Part shown: piece by piece, positions 40,059 to 50,349 of the stretch
Layout of the letters: every line of letters starts with the position of its first letter
Position numbering within the stretch: position 1 is the stretch's first letter
Assembly (NCBI GenBank): GCA_046350855.1
Contig: JAXLZM010000001.1
Span: 89,420-153,419 of the forward strand
Source: Candidatus Anderseniibacteriota bacterium
Lineage (GTDB): Bacteria > Patescibacteriota > JAUYIX01
Reading direction: 5' to 3'
Length of the DNA: 64,000 nucleotides
Position numbers and translations under genes: made by a program
The notes under the pieces: model-generated
Told to the model about the DNA's origin: nothing
The model's database searches: none
Seen by the model: only the letters and a program-made list of their open reading frames with translations

Positions 40059-40439
40059 CTACATCTTGATCTCGATATCTACTCCAGCAGGCAACGAAAG
40101 GTTCATGAGGGCATCAATCGTTTTGGCCTGTGGTTCGAGAATATCGATCAACCGTTTGTGAATTCGCATTTCGAATTGCTCACGGCTGTTCTTATCTATA
40201 AAGGTCGACTTGTTAACGGTGTACTTGTGCTTCTCGGTTGGCAGCGGGATCGGGCCGGCGACGTGTGCTCCACTTCGCTCGGCCGTATCCACGATCTGCT
40301 TTGCCGATTGATCAATGACTTTATTGTCGTACGCCTTGATCTTGATACGGATGCGCTGCTGCAGCCCTTCGGATTCGGCGGAACCGGTTTTACCCGCGTC
40401 CGCGCCTGTCGCTTTAGATACTTTCTTTGCAGCAGCCAT
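40059..40439 (-). CDS. rpsJ: 30S ribosomal protein uS10 (N-terminal extension)
   Basis: [23 protein letters not shown]. Confidence 0.97.
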   Translation of the reverse strand: MAAAKKVSKATGADAGKTGSAESEGLQQRIRIKIKAYDNKVIDQSAKQIVDTAERSGAHVAGPIPLPTEKHKYTVNKSTFIDKNSREQFEMRIHKRLIDILEPQAKTIDALMNLSLPAGVDIEIKM

Positions 40440-40450
40440 ATCCGCGTTAC

Positions 40451-41650
40451 CTACTTGATGATCTTAGTTACCACTCCGGCGCCGACGGTCTTGCCACCCT
40501 CGCGGATAGCAAAGCGCATCTTCTCTTCCATAGCGACGGTCTTTTGCAGTTTGACCTTGAGCTTGACGGTGTCACCCGGCATCACCATCTCGGCACCTGC
40601 AGGGAGTTCAACGTCGCCGGTCACATCCGTGGTACGGATGTAGAACTGCGGCTTGTAGCCCTTAAAGAATGGCGTGTGTCGACCACCCTCTTCCTTTTTG
40701 AGGATGTAGACTTCGCTCTCAAACTCAGTGTGCGGCGTGATCGAGCCTGGCTTGGCCAAGACTTGTCCGCGTTCGACCTCTTCTTTTTTGGTACCGCGGA
40801 GCAAGATACCGGCGTTGTCGCCAGCCATACCCTTATCGAGTTGCTTGTTGAACATCTCGATACCCGTCACAACGGTCTTGCTGGTTGGGCGCAGACCCAC
40901 GATCTCGATTGCATCGTTGATGTTGATCTCACCGCGCTCGATACGACCGGTCACGACCGTGCCGCGACCTTCGATCGAAAAGATGTCCTCGATCGGCATC
41001 AAGAACGGCTTGTCCGTCTCGCGCTTTGGCTCGGGGATCGATTCGTCGAGAGCCTTCATGAGCTCAAAAATTGGCTCGCAGTCTTTGCAGTCCTTGGCAC
41101 CTTTTTGCGCACACTCAAGCGCTTTGGTAGCAGAACCACGAATAATTTTGGCTTTATCGCCGTCGTACTCGTATTTCTTGAGCAAATCGCGGATCTCAAC
41201 CTCGACCAAGTCGATCAACTCTTTGTCATCGACCATGTCGATCTTGTTCAAAAAGACCACGATCTGAGGCACACCAACCTGACGAGCGAGCAAAATGTGC
41301 TCACGGGTCTGCGGCATAGGACCGTCAGCAGCGGACACGACCAAGATGGCGCCGTCCATTTGAGCGGCACCGGTAATCATGTTCTTGATGTAGTCGGCGT
41401 GGCCCGGACAGTCAACGTGGGCATAGTGACGTTTTTCGGACTCGTACTCACAGTGCGAGGTCTGGATCGTAATACCGCGCTCTTTTTCTTCGGGCGCTTT
41501 ATCGATTTCGTCGTATTTAAGGGCTTTGGCCAGTCCCTTAGTAGAGAGACAGGTCATGATAGCGGCCGTCAAGGTGGTCTTACCGTGGTCGACGTGACCG
41601 ATGGTTCCGACGTTAACGTGCGGCTTTTTACGTTCAAACTTTTCTGCCAT
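40451..41650 (-). CDS. tuf: Elongation factor Tu
   Basis: [25 protein letters not shown]. Confidence 0.99.
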   Translation of the reverse strand: MAEKFERKKPHVNVGTIGHVDHGKTTLTAAIMTCLSTKGLAKALKYDEIDKAPEEKERGITIQTSHCEYESEKRHYAHVDCPGHADYIKNMITGAAQMDGAILVVSAADGPMPQTREHILLARQVGVPQIVVFLNKIDMVDDKELIDLVEVEIRDLLKKYEYDGDKAKIIRGSATKALECAQKGAKDCKDCEPIFELMKALDESIPEPKRETDKPFLMPIEDIFSIEGRGTVVTGRIERGEININDAIEIVGLRPTSKTVVTGIEMFNKQLDKGMAGDNAGILLRGTKKEEVERGQVLAKPGSITPHTEFESEVYILKKEEGGRHTPFFKGYKPQFYIRTTDVTGDVELPAGAEMVMPGDTVKLKVKLQKTVAMEEKMRFAIREGGKTVGAGVVTKIIK

Positions 41651-41905
41651 TTGAGTGTGGAGAGTTACTTAAAAAATGAGTACCGCGGTCGTTTTCCCCA
41701 CTGCGGGGACAAACCGGGTAGACCAAGCAATACTACGAGAGCCTGCCCGCGATGTCAACATGAGCGCTCAAATTACTGCTAGGCCATACACTAGTACGAT
41801 TGTAAAGACCTGACATTGACAAAGTATGGCAGAACTAGTTTAATGCGCTCTTCGGTTGCTCTGCCGCTCGTTACCATCTCAATACATCTCAGGAGGTTAG
41901 GGGGA

Positions 41906-42994
41906 ATGCCGCAACGGCCTTCAACAAAAACGTTTTACCAAGAAAAAGCCCTTAGCGAGTTACTAGCAAAGGGCAAGACGGCTAAACAGGTTAGAGCCCA
42001 GTTGGCTATTAACAAGCATCGCTACAACTATCTGCTGCGCAGGTTAAACCAACAGGGGCATACTATCGGGGAGGGATATCGCAAACACAAGGCAGAACGC
42101 CTGGCAAAACGTGCCAACGAAATCGCAGCGCTCCGACGAGCCGGCAAAACCAATGCCGCCATCGCACAGAGCTACCAGGTCTCGGTCGGGAGTGTATCGA
42201 GCACCGTGACTCAGCTTGCTAAACAAGGTGAGGTCCAGTTACGTCACACGCGAACGTGCTTTTGGCGTGATCCCAGCAACCAGCGCTTTACAGAGTTCGT
42301 TTCGGTAGTCCAAGAGGGAAAAACGCTCCGTTCCATCGGTTTACGTTTTGGTTGTTCGGCAGAACGGGTACGTCAACTTATTCTGCTGATCGCCAAGCAC
42401 TTTGGTCCTGACTTGGTTACACGCCGTCCCACAAATCTACTTACTACCGAAGACGTCAGCAAAGCCCTCGAGATCAGTCCCAGTCGCCTGAGTAAGCTTT
42501 GCCTGCGCGGAGTGGTGAAACCAACCAAAGCAGGAGGCAGGTATTACTTTACACCTGAGATGGTACCGCAGCTGCGCGAGTATCTCGTGCAACAGAGTCA
42601 ACGTTGTTGCTGTATCTGTGGCAAGACGTTTACCCCGGAGAGCCTGACGTCCAACCAGCGAGCCTGTTCTAAAGACTGCGCAGGAGAGCGGGAACGCCGC
42701 TATCGAAGCTCACAGGCGACAACAAAGACTGTGCTCAGCTGGCGACGGCCGCTTCTGGAGCGATTGGCACTCCATGTCCGACCAGCTTCAGATCGACTTG
42801 TAACCTACGCCGAGGCCTGCCGACTTACGGGCTTACGCGGGATGCCGTTGATCTGGCTGCGACAACGACAGATCCTCAAGACGATTCCGCACCCCGAGTT
42901 ACGCTGGCGCGGTCGTCCGGTCCTGGCTTTTTACCAGAGTGAACTGGTGCTGGTTCGCGAAGTACTCGATCAGCGTGTCGAGGAGGTGGCGTGA
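41906..42994 (+). CDS. Orphan multi-HTH DNA-binding protein with a zinc finger
   Basis: ATG 41906 after AGGAGG; promoter TTGACA 41816-41821; sigma70 region-4-like TLRSIG..FGCSAERVRQL; excisionase/MerR-like LLTTEDVSKAL; CCICG...CSKDC; terminator at 42988-43018. Confidence 0.75.
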   Translation: MPQRPSTKTFYQEKALSELLAKGKTAKQVRAQLAINKHRYNYLLRRLNQQGHTIGEGYRKHKAERLAKRANEIAALRRAGKTNAAIAQSYQVSVGSVSSTVTQLAKQGEVQLRHTRTCFWRDPSNQRFTEFVSVVQEGKTLRSIGLRFGCSAERVRQLILLIAKHFGPDLVTRRPTNLLTTEDVSKALEISPSRLSKLCLRGVVKPTKAGGRYYFTPEMVPQLREYLVQQSQRCCCICGKTFTPESLTSNQRACSKDCAGERERRYRSSQATTKTVLSWRRPLLERLALHVRPASDRLVTYAEACRLTGLRGMPLIWLRQRQILKTIPHPELRWRGRPVLAFYQSELVLVREVLDQRVEEVA

Positions 42995-43016
42995 GACAAG
43001 TTCTCACGCCCTTTTT

Positions 43017-44636
43017 TTATTTACTGGCGGCGGCAACCAGTCCCGCAAAGAGTGGGTGTGGCGAGAGTGGTCGTGACTGAAATTCCGGATGAAACTGCGT
43101 AGCCACAAAAAACTTGTGTTTGGGGAGTTCGATAATTTCGACCAGACCTGAGCCGGGGTTAGTGCCGGCGATGAGCATTCCCTTTTTTTGGAGGGTCGCG
43201 ACGTATTTTGGATTGACCTCGTAGCGATGGCGGTGGCGCTCCCAAATCACATTTTTGCCATACAGGTCGCGGCTCTTACTCTTGGGTGTGAGTCGGCAGG
43301 AGTAATGGCCAAGCCGCATGGTTCCACCCAGATCCTTCTCTGCAATTTTTTTGACCTGGTCCTCCATGGTGGTGATCACGGGTTGTTTGGTTGTGGGTTC
43401 GATCTCCGGTGTGTTGGCTTTTTTGAGACCGGCCACACTCCGGGAGAACTCAATCACGGCCAGCTGTAACCCGTAGCACAGTCCGAGAAAGGGAATGTTG
43501 TTCTCACGCACATACTTAATGGCGCGTAGTTTACCGGCCACGCCGCGTTTACCAAACCCACCTGGAACGATGATGGCATCAAAGTTTGCCAGCATTTTTA
43601 CTTTAGCGGGACTGGCTTCAAACTCCTCAGCATTGATCCAGGTAATCTCTGGCTTGCGCTTGTTAGCCCAGGCACCGTGCTTGATGGCTTCGATGACAGA
43701 AATGTACGAGTCGGACAGGACAAAATCACCTGTGCCAAAGTACTTGCCGACCACGCCGATTTTTACCGGCCGGGTCGAGCGTTTAATCGTCCTGACCATT
43801 GCGCGCCACTGCTTACCGTCGGTCTTGCGCGGCTTTTTGCCGAATTTTTCGAGCAGACGCTTACCGAGGTGGTCGTGCTCAAAGTTAACGGGGACTTGAT
43901 AAATCGTAGAAATATCTGGAGCGGAGATAATGTCGCGTGGATGCACGTTACAAAAGGTCGAAACTTTGCGCTTGCGTACCTCGTCCAGGGGCACGGTCGA
44001 ACGAGCCAAGATTAAATCCGGCTGGATGCCCACGGAGTTGAGCGAGCGCACGGCGTGTTGAGTCGGTTTGGTCTTCATCTCGCCCACCATGCTCGGTACC
44101 GGAAAATAGCTCACCAACACAAAAGCGACTTGCTCGCCGTATTTAAGCTTCATAATACGAGCCGCTTCGAGATATACCAGGTTTTGGTACTCCCCGACCG
44201 TTCCACCAATCTCAATAAAAACAAAGTCCATTTTTTGGTGGCGGGCCACCCGTTTGATCCGCTGCTCGACCTCGTCGGTAATGTGCGGGATTACCTCAAC
44301 GCATTTACCGTTGTAGCCCAAGTTGCGCTCACGCTCGATGACGGACTGGTAGACCATGCCGGTGGTCATGTAGTTCTCCCGGACGATATCTTGGTCCAAA
44401 AAACGCTCGTAGTTACCCAAGTCCTGATCGCTCTCGAGCCCGTCCTTGGTCACAAAGACCTCGCCATGCTCAGTGGGGTTCATCGTGCCGGCATCTACAT
44501 TGAGGTACGGGTCAATTTTAATGGCCGTGACTTTGTAGCCATATTCTTTGAGTATCCGCGCCATAGACGCGGTTGCAATTCCTTTGCCGACGCCGGACAT
44601 AACGCCACCGGCGACAAACACAAAATTAGTCTTCAT
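43017..44636 (-). CDS. pyrG: CTP synthase
   Basis: GGVMSGVGKG, DPYLNVDAGTM, KTKPTQ, GLCYG, ERHRHRYE, QFHPE. Confidence 0.98.
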   Translation of the reverse strand: MKTNFVFVAGGVMSGVGKGIATASMARILKEYGYKVTAIKIDPYLNVDAGTMNPTEHGEVFVTKDGLESDQDLGNYERFLDQDIVRENYMTTGMVYQSVIERERNLGYNGKCVEVIPHITDEVEQRIKRVARHQKMDFVFIEIGGTVGEYQNLVYLEAARIMKLKYGEQVAFVLVSYFPVPSMVGEMKTKPTQHAVRSLNSVGIQPDLILARSTVPLDEVRKRKVSTFCNVHPRDIISAPDISTIYQVPVNFEHDHLGKRLLEKFGKKPRKTDGKQWRAMVRTIKRSTRPVKIGVVGKYFGTGDFVLSDSYISVIEAIKHGAWANKRKPEITWINAEEFEASPAKVKMLANFDAIIVPGGFGKRGVAGKLRAIKYVRENNIPFLGLCYGLQLAVIEFSRSVAGLKKANTPEIEPTTKQPVITTMEDQVKKIAEKDLGGTMRLGHYSCRLTPKSKSRDLYGKNVIWERHRHRYEVNPKYVATLQKKGMLIAGTNPGSGLVEIIELPKHKFFVATQFHPEFQSRPLSPHPLFAGLVAAASK

Positions 44637-44644
44637 TAGAGTTG

Positions 44645-44676
44645 CCCTGGAAAGTTTTCCAGGGACTACACTAGCA
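44645..44676 (-). promoter_or_regulatory. pyrG promoter and 5' leader hairpin
   Basis: Extended -10 TG-C-TAGTGT (44673-44668), then AGT-CCCTGGAA-AACT-TTCCAGGG ending 8 nt before ATG. Confidence 0.55.
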
Positions 44677-44736
44677 CGCAAAAAGCCAGGTCTCGAGGGG
44701 GTAGTTATCCCCCGTTGTTTGGATGAACCGAAGCGA

Positions 44737-45711
44737 TTATTTTACGGCTGGAACCGGTTGCAATAGTTCCGGATCGATCGTGCGGCTAAAGCAAACCCGA
44801 CCGACTTGATGACTCCAGTTGTCGTTGTAAAGCCCAAAGGGCGGATAGATCAGCTCGGGTCGGCCTCGTGTTGACTGCGCACTGTAGTCTTGTTTGGTTG
44901 CAAACGTGGCGCAGAGATCAAAGGTGAGTTCACCCGTCGGGGTGTACTCGTACTGCGCAGCAGCGTCCGGATCGGTCGGAACCACAAACCCAGTTACGTC
45001 AGTTTCAAGCTCAGCCAGCGTGTCGGGTAAGGTTTTTTTACTCGAGTAAAAACTAATGATCTCGCTTTGGATCGATTGAAGGTCACTGATGCGACGCTCG
45101 TCAAAGCGCTGATCACGCTGCTCGCGGGGTGTACCGATCAAGAAAAACCCGCCTACGATCGCACCCGCGAGTAAGACTGAGATGGTGATCGCCAAAACCC
45201 GCGGTAAGAGCGTTTGAGCACCGGTTCGGCGCAAATCCCACAGGTAGTACCCAAAGACCGCACCAGCTACCACCAACACCGCCAGCACCTTGAGTCCAAA
45301 ACTGACCGACAAGCCGCCGCTCAAAAAATTGTAGACCAACACGACCAGATCAATGATCAAGGTTACAGCCGAGGCAAAGAGTGTCAGATAGACCAACCAT
45401 TTACGGATCGCGAGGTTACGACGCGAGCGATCGCGGTTCAGCCACTTACCGGTCAGCCAGGCCATGCTGATATAGACCGGCCAAACCACGATCAGGGTTG
45501 AGATCGAGGTGATCATCGAGTTACCAACCACACCGCCGCCGTAATAGCTAAAGACGCTCTGTGGGTAGGCCGCGTCGACATAGTCAAAAAGGAGCGCCAG
45601 CACGGCAAAGACTGCAACATACAGCATCAAAAACAACAGCAAATAGGCAAACAAATCCCCTGCGGTCGTGTGGGGGTGCGTACTCCTTTGCTGCGTAGTG
45701 CGCTCCGGCAT
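44737..45711 (-). CDS. DUF5671-like membrane protein
   Basis: Several TM helices, IRKWLVYLTLF, P..QR..RFDERRISDL, YEY...FDLCATF pattern typical of CPR proteins. Confidence 0.75.
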   Translation of the reverse strand: MPERTTQQRSTHPHTTAGDLFAYLLLFLMLYVAVFAVLALLFDYVDAAYPQSVFSYYGGGVVGNSMITSISTLIVVWPVYISMAWLTGKWLNRDRSRRNLAIRKWLVYLTLFASAVTLIIDLVVLVYNFLSGGLSVSFGLKVLAVLVVAGAVFGYYLWDLRRTGAQTLLPRVLAITISVLLAGAIVGGFFLIGTPREQRDQRFDERRISDLQSIQSEIISFYSSKKTLPDTLAELETDVTGFVVPTDPDAAAQYEYTPTGELTFDLCATFATKQDYSAQSTRGRPELIYPPFGLYNDNWSHQVGRVCFSRTIDPELLQPVPAVK

Positions 45712-45731
45712 GCCGTTAGTATACCAACGTC

Positions 45732-46265
45732 CTAGAGCTGACAGTCAAATTGGGCAATCGAGCCCCGCACGCCACCGCCACCCGCGCCCTGAGTCGGAGC
45801 ACTGATGCCGTTCACACTCCCGCCAATGACCCCCGGGGCGGTCTCACGTGGAGCAGGTTCGATGGTCTGAAAAAATCGAACGGTCGTGGAGGCCGTCTCC
45901 GTTACATTGTTTTCTAAAGTCGCTGTGTACAGTCGATCACCACTCAGATCAATAGATTGTGAGCCCAAGACCTGGGAGAACCACAGCACAAATAAAATCG
46001 CGACCAAGGCCGTACCCACGATTAAGCTAACTACAAAGGTCGGGCGTTGTAGCCCATGGCGTAAAATCGAGATCGTGACAAAGCTCGGCCAGGTCAAAAA
46101 CAAAAATGTGACGCTGGGTGGCCAGCTAACCAATGGCTGCGGACAACCGATCGTGAGCGTTAGCGGTCTAAAAGTCACAACCAGAGCTGACAACGCCGCC
46201 GTACCCAAGAGGATATACTCGAGCCAGACCCAGACGGTCGCCTTTGGTAAGCTCCCTTTTATCAT
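45732..46265 (-). CDS. Hypothetical membrane protein
   Basis: 177 aa, three hydrophobic segments; -10 TATACT 6 nt before ATG. Confidence 0.65.
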   Translation of the reverse strand: MIKGSLPKATVWVWLEYILLGTAALSALVVTFRPLTLTIGCPQPLVSWPPSVTFLFLTWPSFVTISILRHGLQRPTFVVSLIVGTALVAILFVLWFSQVLGSQSIDLSGDRLYTATLENNVTETASTTVRFFQTIEPAPRETAPGVIGGSVNGISAPTQGAGGGGVRGSIAQFDCQL

Positions 46266-46310
46266 CTAAAAAGTATATCATTAGCGCCACTTAGCACTAA
46301 CCGTACCCCT

Positions 46311-46688
46311 ATGCAGCTCTCGCAAGCCCCCGTCAGCGTCATGATCCGCGTTAAAGACCACGCCACCTCACGCGCCTTTTACGCCGACAAGCTCGGTCTT
46401 ACACATATCGACAAAGGACCCATGGCTCCAGCCATGTACGAGGCCGGTAATGGCACTCGTATTATCGCCTACTCGGGTGAACCCACCAGCCCCGCCCACA
46501 CCGTCGGCAATTTTAGCGTGGACGATGTCGAGGCAACCGTAGCCGAACTCAAAGCCAAGGGTGTCGTTTTTGAAGAGTACGATCTCCCCGATCTAAAAAC
46601 CGTCAATGGCATTGCCACCTGGGACAAATACAAGTCGGCCTGGTTCAAAGACCCAGACGGCTACATTTTTGCGATCAATCAACAGTAA
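46311..46688 (+). CDS. VOC/glyoxalase-bleomycin resistance family protein
   Basis: RAFYADKLGL, FSVDDVEA, AWFKDPDG. Confidence 0.9.
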   Translation: MQLSQAPVSVMIRVKDHATSRAFYADKLGLTHIDKGPMAPAMYEAGNGTRIIAYSGEPTSPAHTVGNFSVDDVEATVAELKAKGVVFEEYDLPDLKTVNGIATWDKYKSAWFKDPDGYIFAINQQ

Positions 46689-46705
46689 TCTCTAGTTGAA
46701 CCTAC

Positions 46706-46735
46706 AAAAAAGTCCGGACCAGCCGGACTTTTTTT
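46706..46735. terminator. Bidirectional terminator between the VOC gene and fusA
   Basis: AAAAAAGTCCGG-ACCAG-CCGGACTTTTTT. Confidence 0.85.
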
Positions 46736-48830
46736 ATTTCTTGGCGTCTTCGCCAGCGATTTTGCGGGCGATGTTGCCCGGGACTTCTTCGTAGTGATCA
46801 AACTCCATGCTGTAGCTGGCACGACCCTGGGTCATCGAGCGCAATTGCGTGGCGTAACCAAACATTTCTGCCAGCGGCACCATGGCGTGAATCACCTTAA
46901 TCGCTTGGGGACGGTCGATCATCTCTTGAATTTGTCCGCGTTTAGCGTTGAGATCACCCACCACGTCACCCATGCTCTTGTCTGGAGTGGTGACTTCGAC
47001 CTTCATCATCGGTTCCAAAATTATGGGCGTGGCTTTTTTCATTGCCGCCTTAAATCCTTTGGAACCCGCGATCTTAAAGGCCGCCTCACTCGAGTCAACC
47101 TCGTGGTACGACCCATCAAAGAGCGTCGCCTCCACGTCCATGACGGGGAACCCCGCCACGACTCCGTTGTCGAGGGCTTCCTTAATACCTTTCTCGACCG
47201 CCGGGATAAATTCTTGCGGAATCACACCACCCTTGATCTTGTTGATGAATTCAAAGCCGCTACCGCGCTCTTTAGGCTTAACACTAATCCAAACGTGACC
47301 GTACTGTCCGCGGCCACCGGTCTGCTTGATGTATTTCTCTTCGGCTTCGCCCTCACCCTTAATGGTCTCTTTAAAGGCAACCTGTGGGCGACCAATGTTG
47401 GCCTCAACTTTGTACTCGCGCTTCATGCGGTCGACGAGCACGTCCAAGTGCAGTTCACCCATACCGGAGATAACGGTCTGACCGGTCTCCTCATCAGACT
47501 TAACCCGGAAGGTCGGGTCCTCATCGGCCAAGCGACTGAGCGCATTGCCCATTTTTTCTTGGTCCGCCTTGGTCTTGGGTTCGATCGCGATCGAAATAAC
47601 CGGCTCCGGGAAGGTGATCTTCTCCAAAATAATAGCGTGGTCGGGGTCGCAGAGCGTGTCACCGGTCGTGGTGTCTTTGAGCCCGACGGCTGCGGCGATT
47701 TCTCCCGCGTAGACGGTTTTAACCTCCTCGCGCTTGTTGGCGTGGAGACGCACAATGCGACCAATACGCTCTTTTTTGCCGTTAGAGGCATTGAGTGCAT
47801 AGGAGCCAGCGTTGAGGGTACCCGAGTACACCCGGAAGAACACCAACTTACCAACAAACGGATCAGCTAAGACTTTAAAGGCCAGGGCTGCAAACGGCTC
47901 GGTGTCGGAGGCTTTACGCTCGAGCGTCTTAGACTCGTCGTTTGGATCGATTCCTTTTACGGGCGGGACATCGAGCGGGCTTGGCAAGTAGGCCACCACC
48001 GCATCCAAGAGCGGCTGAACACCCGTATTTTTGAGAGCGGAGCCACATAGGATCGGAATAATCTTAATCGACAAAACACCTTTGCGGAGTGCCGCTTTGA
48101 GTTCATCCACGGTTGGGGTAGTGCCCGCCAAATATTTTTCCATGAGCTTGTCGTCCTGCTCGACGATGCGCTCGATCAATTTTTCGCGGTACTCTTTAAC
48201 TTTGTCTTTGAGCTCAGCCGGGACTTCTTTCTCGACCACGTTGATTCCCTTATCGCCCTCGTTGTAGAGAGCTTTTTCGGAGATCAAGTCGACCACACCA
48301 ACAAAGTTGTCCTCGATACCGATCGGCAATTGGATTGGGATGGCCAGCGTGCTCAAGCGATCATTGATCGACGCCACGTCTTTATAAAAATCAGCACCGG
48401 TGCGATCGAGCTTGTTTACAAAACACATGCGCGGCACCTCGTACTTGTCGGCCTGGCGCCAAACCGTCTCGGACTGGGGTTCGACTCCGGCGACTCCATC
48501 AAATACAACGACTCCCCCGTCCAACACGCGCATGGAGCGCTCCACCTCAACCGTAAAGTCAACGTGCCCTGGAGTGTCGATTAAGTTGAGCCGGTGGTCT
48601 TTCCAAAACAACGTCGTTGCAGCAGCCGTAATCGTGATACCGCGCTCGCGCTCTTGGGCCATGTAGTCCATAGTGGCCTCACCCTCGTGCACCTCACCGA
48701 TTTTGTGGGTGATACCAGCATAAAACAACAGTCGCTCGGAGACCGTAGTCTTACCAGCGTCAATGTGCGCGATGATGCCAAAATCTCGGACGCGCTCTAG
48801 GGGGTATTTACGAATATCAGCTTCGGCCAT
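46734..48830 (-). CDS. fusA: Elongation factor G
   Basis: [34 protein letters not shown]. Confidence 0.99.
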   Translation of the reverse strand: MAEADIRKYPLERVRDFGIIAHIDAGKTTVSERLLFYAGITHKIGEVHEGEATMDYMAQERERGITITAAATTLFWKDHRLNLIDTPGHVDFTVEVERSMRVLDGGVVVFDGVAGVEPQSETVWRQADKYEVPRMCFVNKLDRTGADFYKDVASINDRLSTLAIPIQLPIGIEDNFVGVVDLISEKALYNEGDKGINVVEKEVPAELKDKVKEYREKLIERIVEQDDKLMEKYLAGTTPTVDELKAALRKGVLSIKIIPILCGSALKNTGVQPLLDAVVAYLPSPLDVPPVKGIDPNDESKTLERKASDTEPFAALAFKVLADPFVGKLVFFRVYSGTLNAGSYALNASNGKKERIGRIVRLHANKREEVKTVYAGEIAAAVGLKDTTTGDTLCDPDHAIILEKITFPEPVISIAIEPKTKADQEKMGNALSRLADEDPTFRVKSDEETGQTVISGMGELHLDVLVDRMKREYKVEANIGRPQVAFKETIKGEGEAEEKYIKQTGGRGQYGHVWISVKPKERGSGFEFINKIKGGVIPQEFIPAVEKGIKEALDNGVVAGFPVMDVEATLFDGSYHEVDSSEAAFKIAGSKGFKAAMKKATPIILEPMMKVEVTTPDKSMGDVVGDLNAKRGQIQEMIDRPQAIKVIHAMVPLAEMFGYATQLRSMTQGRASYSMEFDHYEEVPGNIARKIAGEDAKK

Positions 48831-48836
48831 GGAAGT

Positions 48837-49304
48837 TTACCAGGCAAAATGGGCAAAGGCTTTGTTGGCCTCGGCCATACGGTGCACGTCCTCGCGCTTT
48901 TTGATGGCGACACCCTGCTTTTGGCTAGCCTCGATCAACTCGTTGGCGAGACGCAGGTGCATTGGCATCCCTTTGCGACTGTAGGCAGCATCTTTGATCC
49001 AGCGAAAAGCGAGCGTGACTTTACGGTCACCCCGTACCTCGATCGGGACTTGGTAGTTGGCACCGCCCACGCGCTTAGCTTTTAGCTCGACGTTGGGGCT
49101 CACATTTTTGATGGCGGTATCAAAGACCTCGAGCGGGTCTTTTTTGATGCGTTCTTTAATAGTGTCAAACGCATCGTAAACGATACCGCGTGCCGCACCT
49201 TTTTTGCCGCGTTCCATCAAGTTATTGATAAAGCGCGAGACCAGCTCGTTATTGTAGCGAGGGTCTGGAGTGATGGGTCGTTTGGGGGCGCGGTTTCTAC
49301 GCAT
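48837..49304 (-). CDS. rpsG: 30S ribosomal protein uS7
   Basis: RVGGANYQVP, MAEANKAFAH. Confidence 0.98.
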   Translation of the reverse strand: MRRNRAPKRPITPDPRYNNELVSRFINNLMERGKKGAARGIVYDAFDTIKERIKKDPLEVFDTAIKNVSPNVELKAKRVGGANYQVPIEVRGDRKVTLAFRWIKDAAYSRKGMPMHLRLANELIEASQKQGVAIKKREDVHRMAEANKAFAHFAW

Positions 49305-49338
49305 GTTGGCTGAACAGGGTTCTTAAAAATTTCTAAAA

Positions 49339-49758
49339 CTATTTTTTGGCCTTTTTGGCGCCGTACTTACTGCGGCTGCGACCACGATCGGCAACGCCAG
49401 CGGTATCCAAGACACCTCGAACGATGTGGTAGCGAACACCAGGCAAGTCCTTAACACGACCACCGCGGATCATAACGACCGAGTGTTCTTGCAAGTTGTG
49501 ACCAACGCCTGGGATGTAGGCCGTGACTTCCATACCGTTGGTAAGACGCACACGGGCGAACTTGCGCAAAGCGGAGTTTGGCTTTTTAGGAGTCATGGTT
49601 CCGACCTTGACGCAGACGCCACGCTTAAAGGGGCTCCCCTTTGGGAGCGGAATAGGACGCTGGTTAATCGTATTAAAAGCCCGCTGTAAGGCAGGACTTT
49701 TGGACTTTGAGGCCTGCTTGTGGCGGCCCCGGCGAACTAGTTGATTAATCGTTGGCAT
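49339..49758 (-). CDS. rpsL: 30S ribosomal protein uS12
   Basis: [29 protein letters not shown]. Confidence 0.98.
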   Translation of the reverse strand: MPTINQLVRRGRHKQASKSKSPALQRAFNTINQRPIPLPKGSPFKRGVCVKVGTMTPKKPNSALRKFARVRLTNGMEVTAYIPGVGHNLQEHSVVMIRGGRVKDLPGVRYHIVRGVLDTAGVADRGRSRSKYGAKKAKK

Positions 49759-49861
49759 AAATGCAGAACCCGACTCTAACAAGGACACGCTTTTGATGCA
49801 ATAGCAAGGGCTTAATCAGGCTGAACGAAACCTTAGCTATTGCGGTGGAACAGCCCGCTAT

Positions 49862-50318
49862 AAAAAGAAAAACACCCTGTATCGCAGACACAGGGTGTGA
49901 TTGAGCCTTAAAGAAAGAACGTGTTTGGGGAGCGCGCCTTCTGGACGGCGCGTTGCGAGCACAACTCACTAGTGCGGATGTGTGAGTCAGCTCAGCCTCC
50001 CCTCCCGACGCGGACGTGGCCCCGCTTTGCCACGTCTCCTTTGTATAGTCTGTTTTCCTGCTATCGTGTGCCTTCTCGCCCGAGGAGACACAGCAACAGG
50101 GTGAACAACGGACAGCTACCGTAGTGGGTTTTTCCCAAGAATCCAGACTTTCTCGGTACTACATAATTGAGTCAGTAACCACCTCGACTTGTGTTGCTGT
50201 GCAAGCGCGATGTTCCGCGGTTCCTCCTAAGGCGCCCCGTCGAACTAAACGCTCAGGCGTGCCCCACTCAAGAGCACCGAACCGCTCAGCCGTCTCGTTG
50301 GAAGGTACAAGGGTAGGT
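49862..50318 (-). ncRNA. Candidate structured non-coding RNA B (~455 nt)
   Basis: Promoter TTGACA (50353-50348), 17 nt, TATAAA (50330-50325); multiple long stems; terminator ACACCCTGT/ACAGGGTGT-TTTTCTTTTT; no long ORF. Confidence 0.6.
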
Positions 50319-50349
50319 TGGACTTTTATAAATCCTCACTCCCCTGATG

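Noticed and set aside
40427-41782. 451-aa ORF antisense to tuf (also 358 aa antisense to fusA and 238 aa antisense to ftsZ)
   Set aside because: Typical shadow ORFs produced by codon bias in highly expressed genes.
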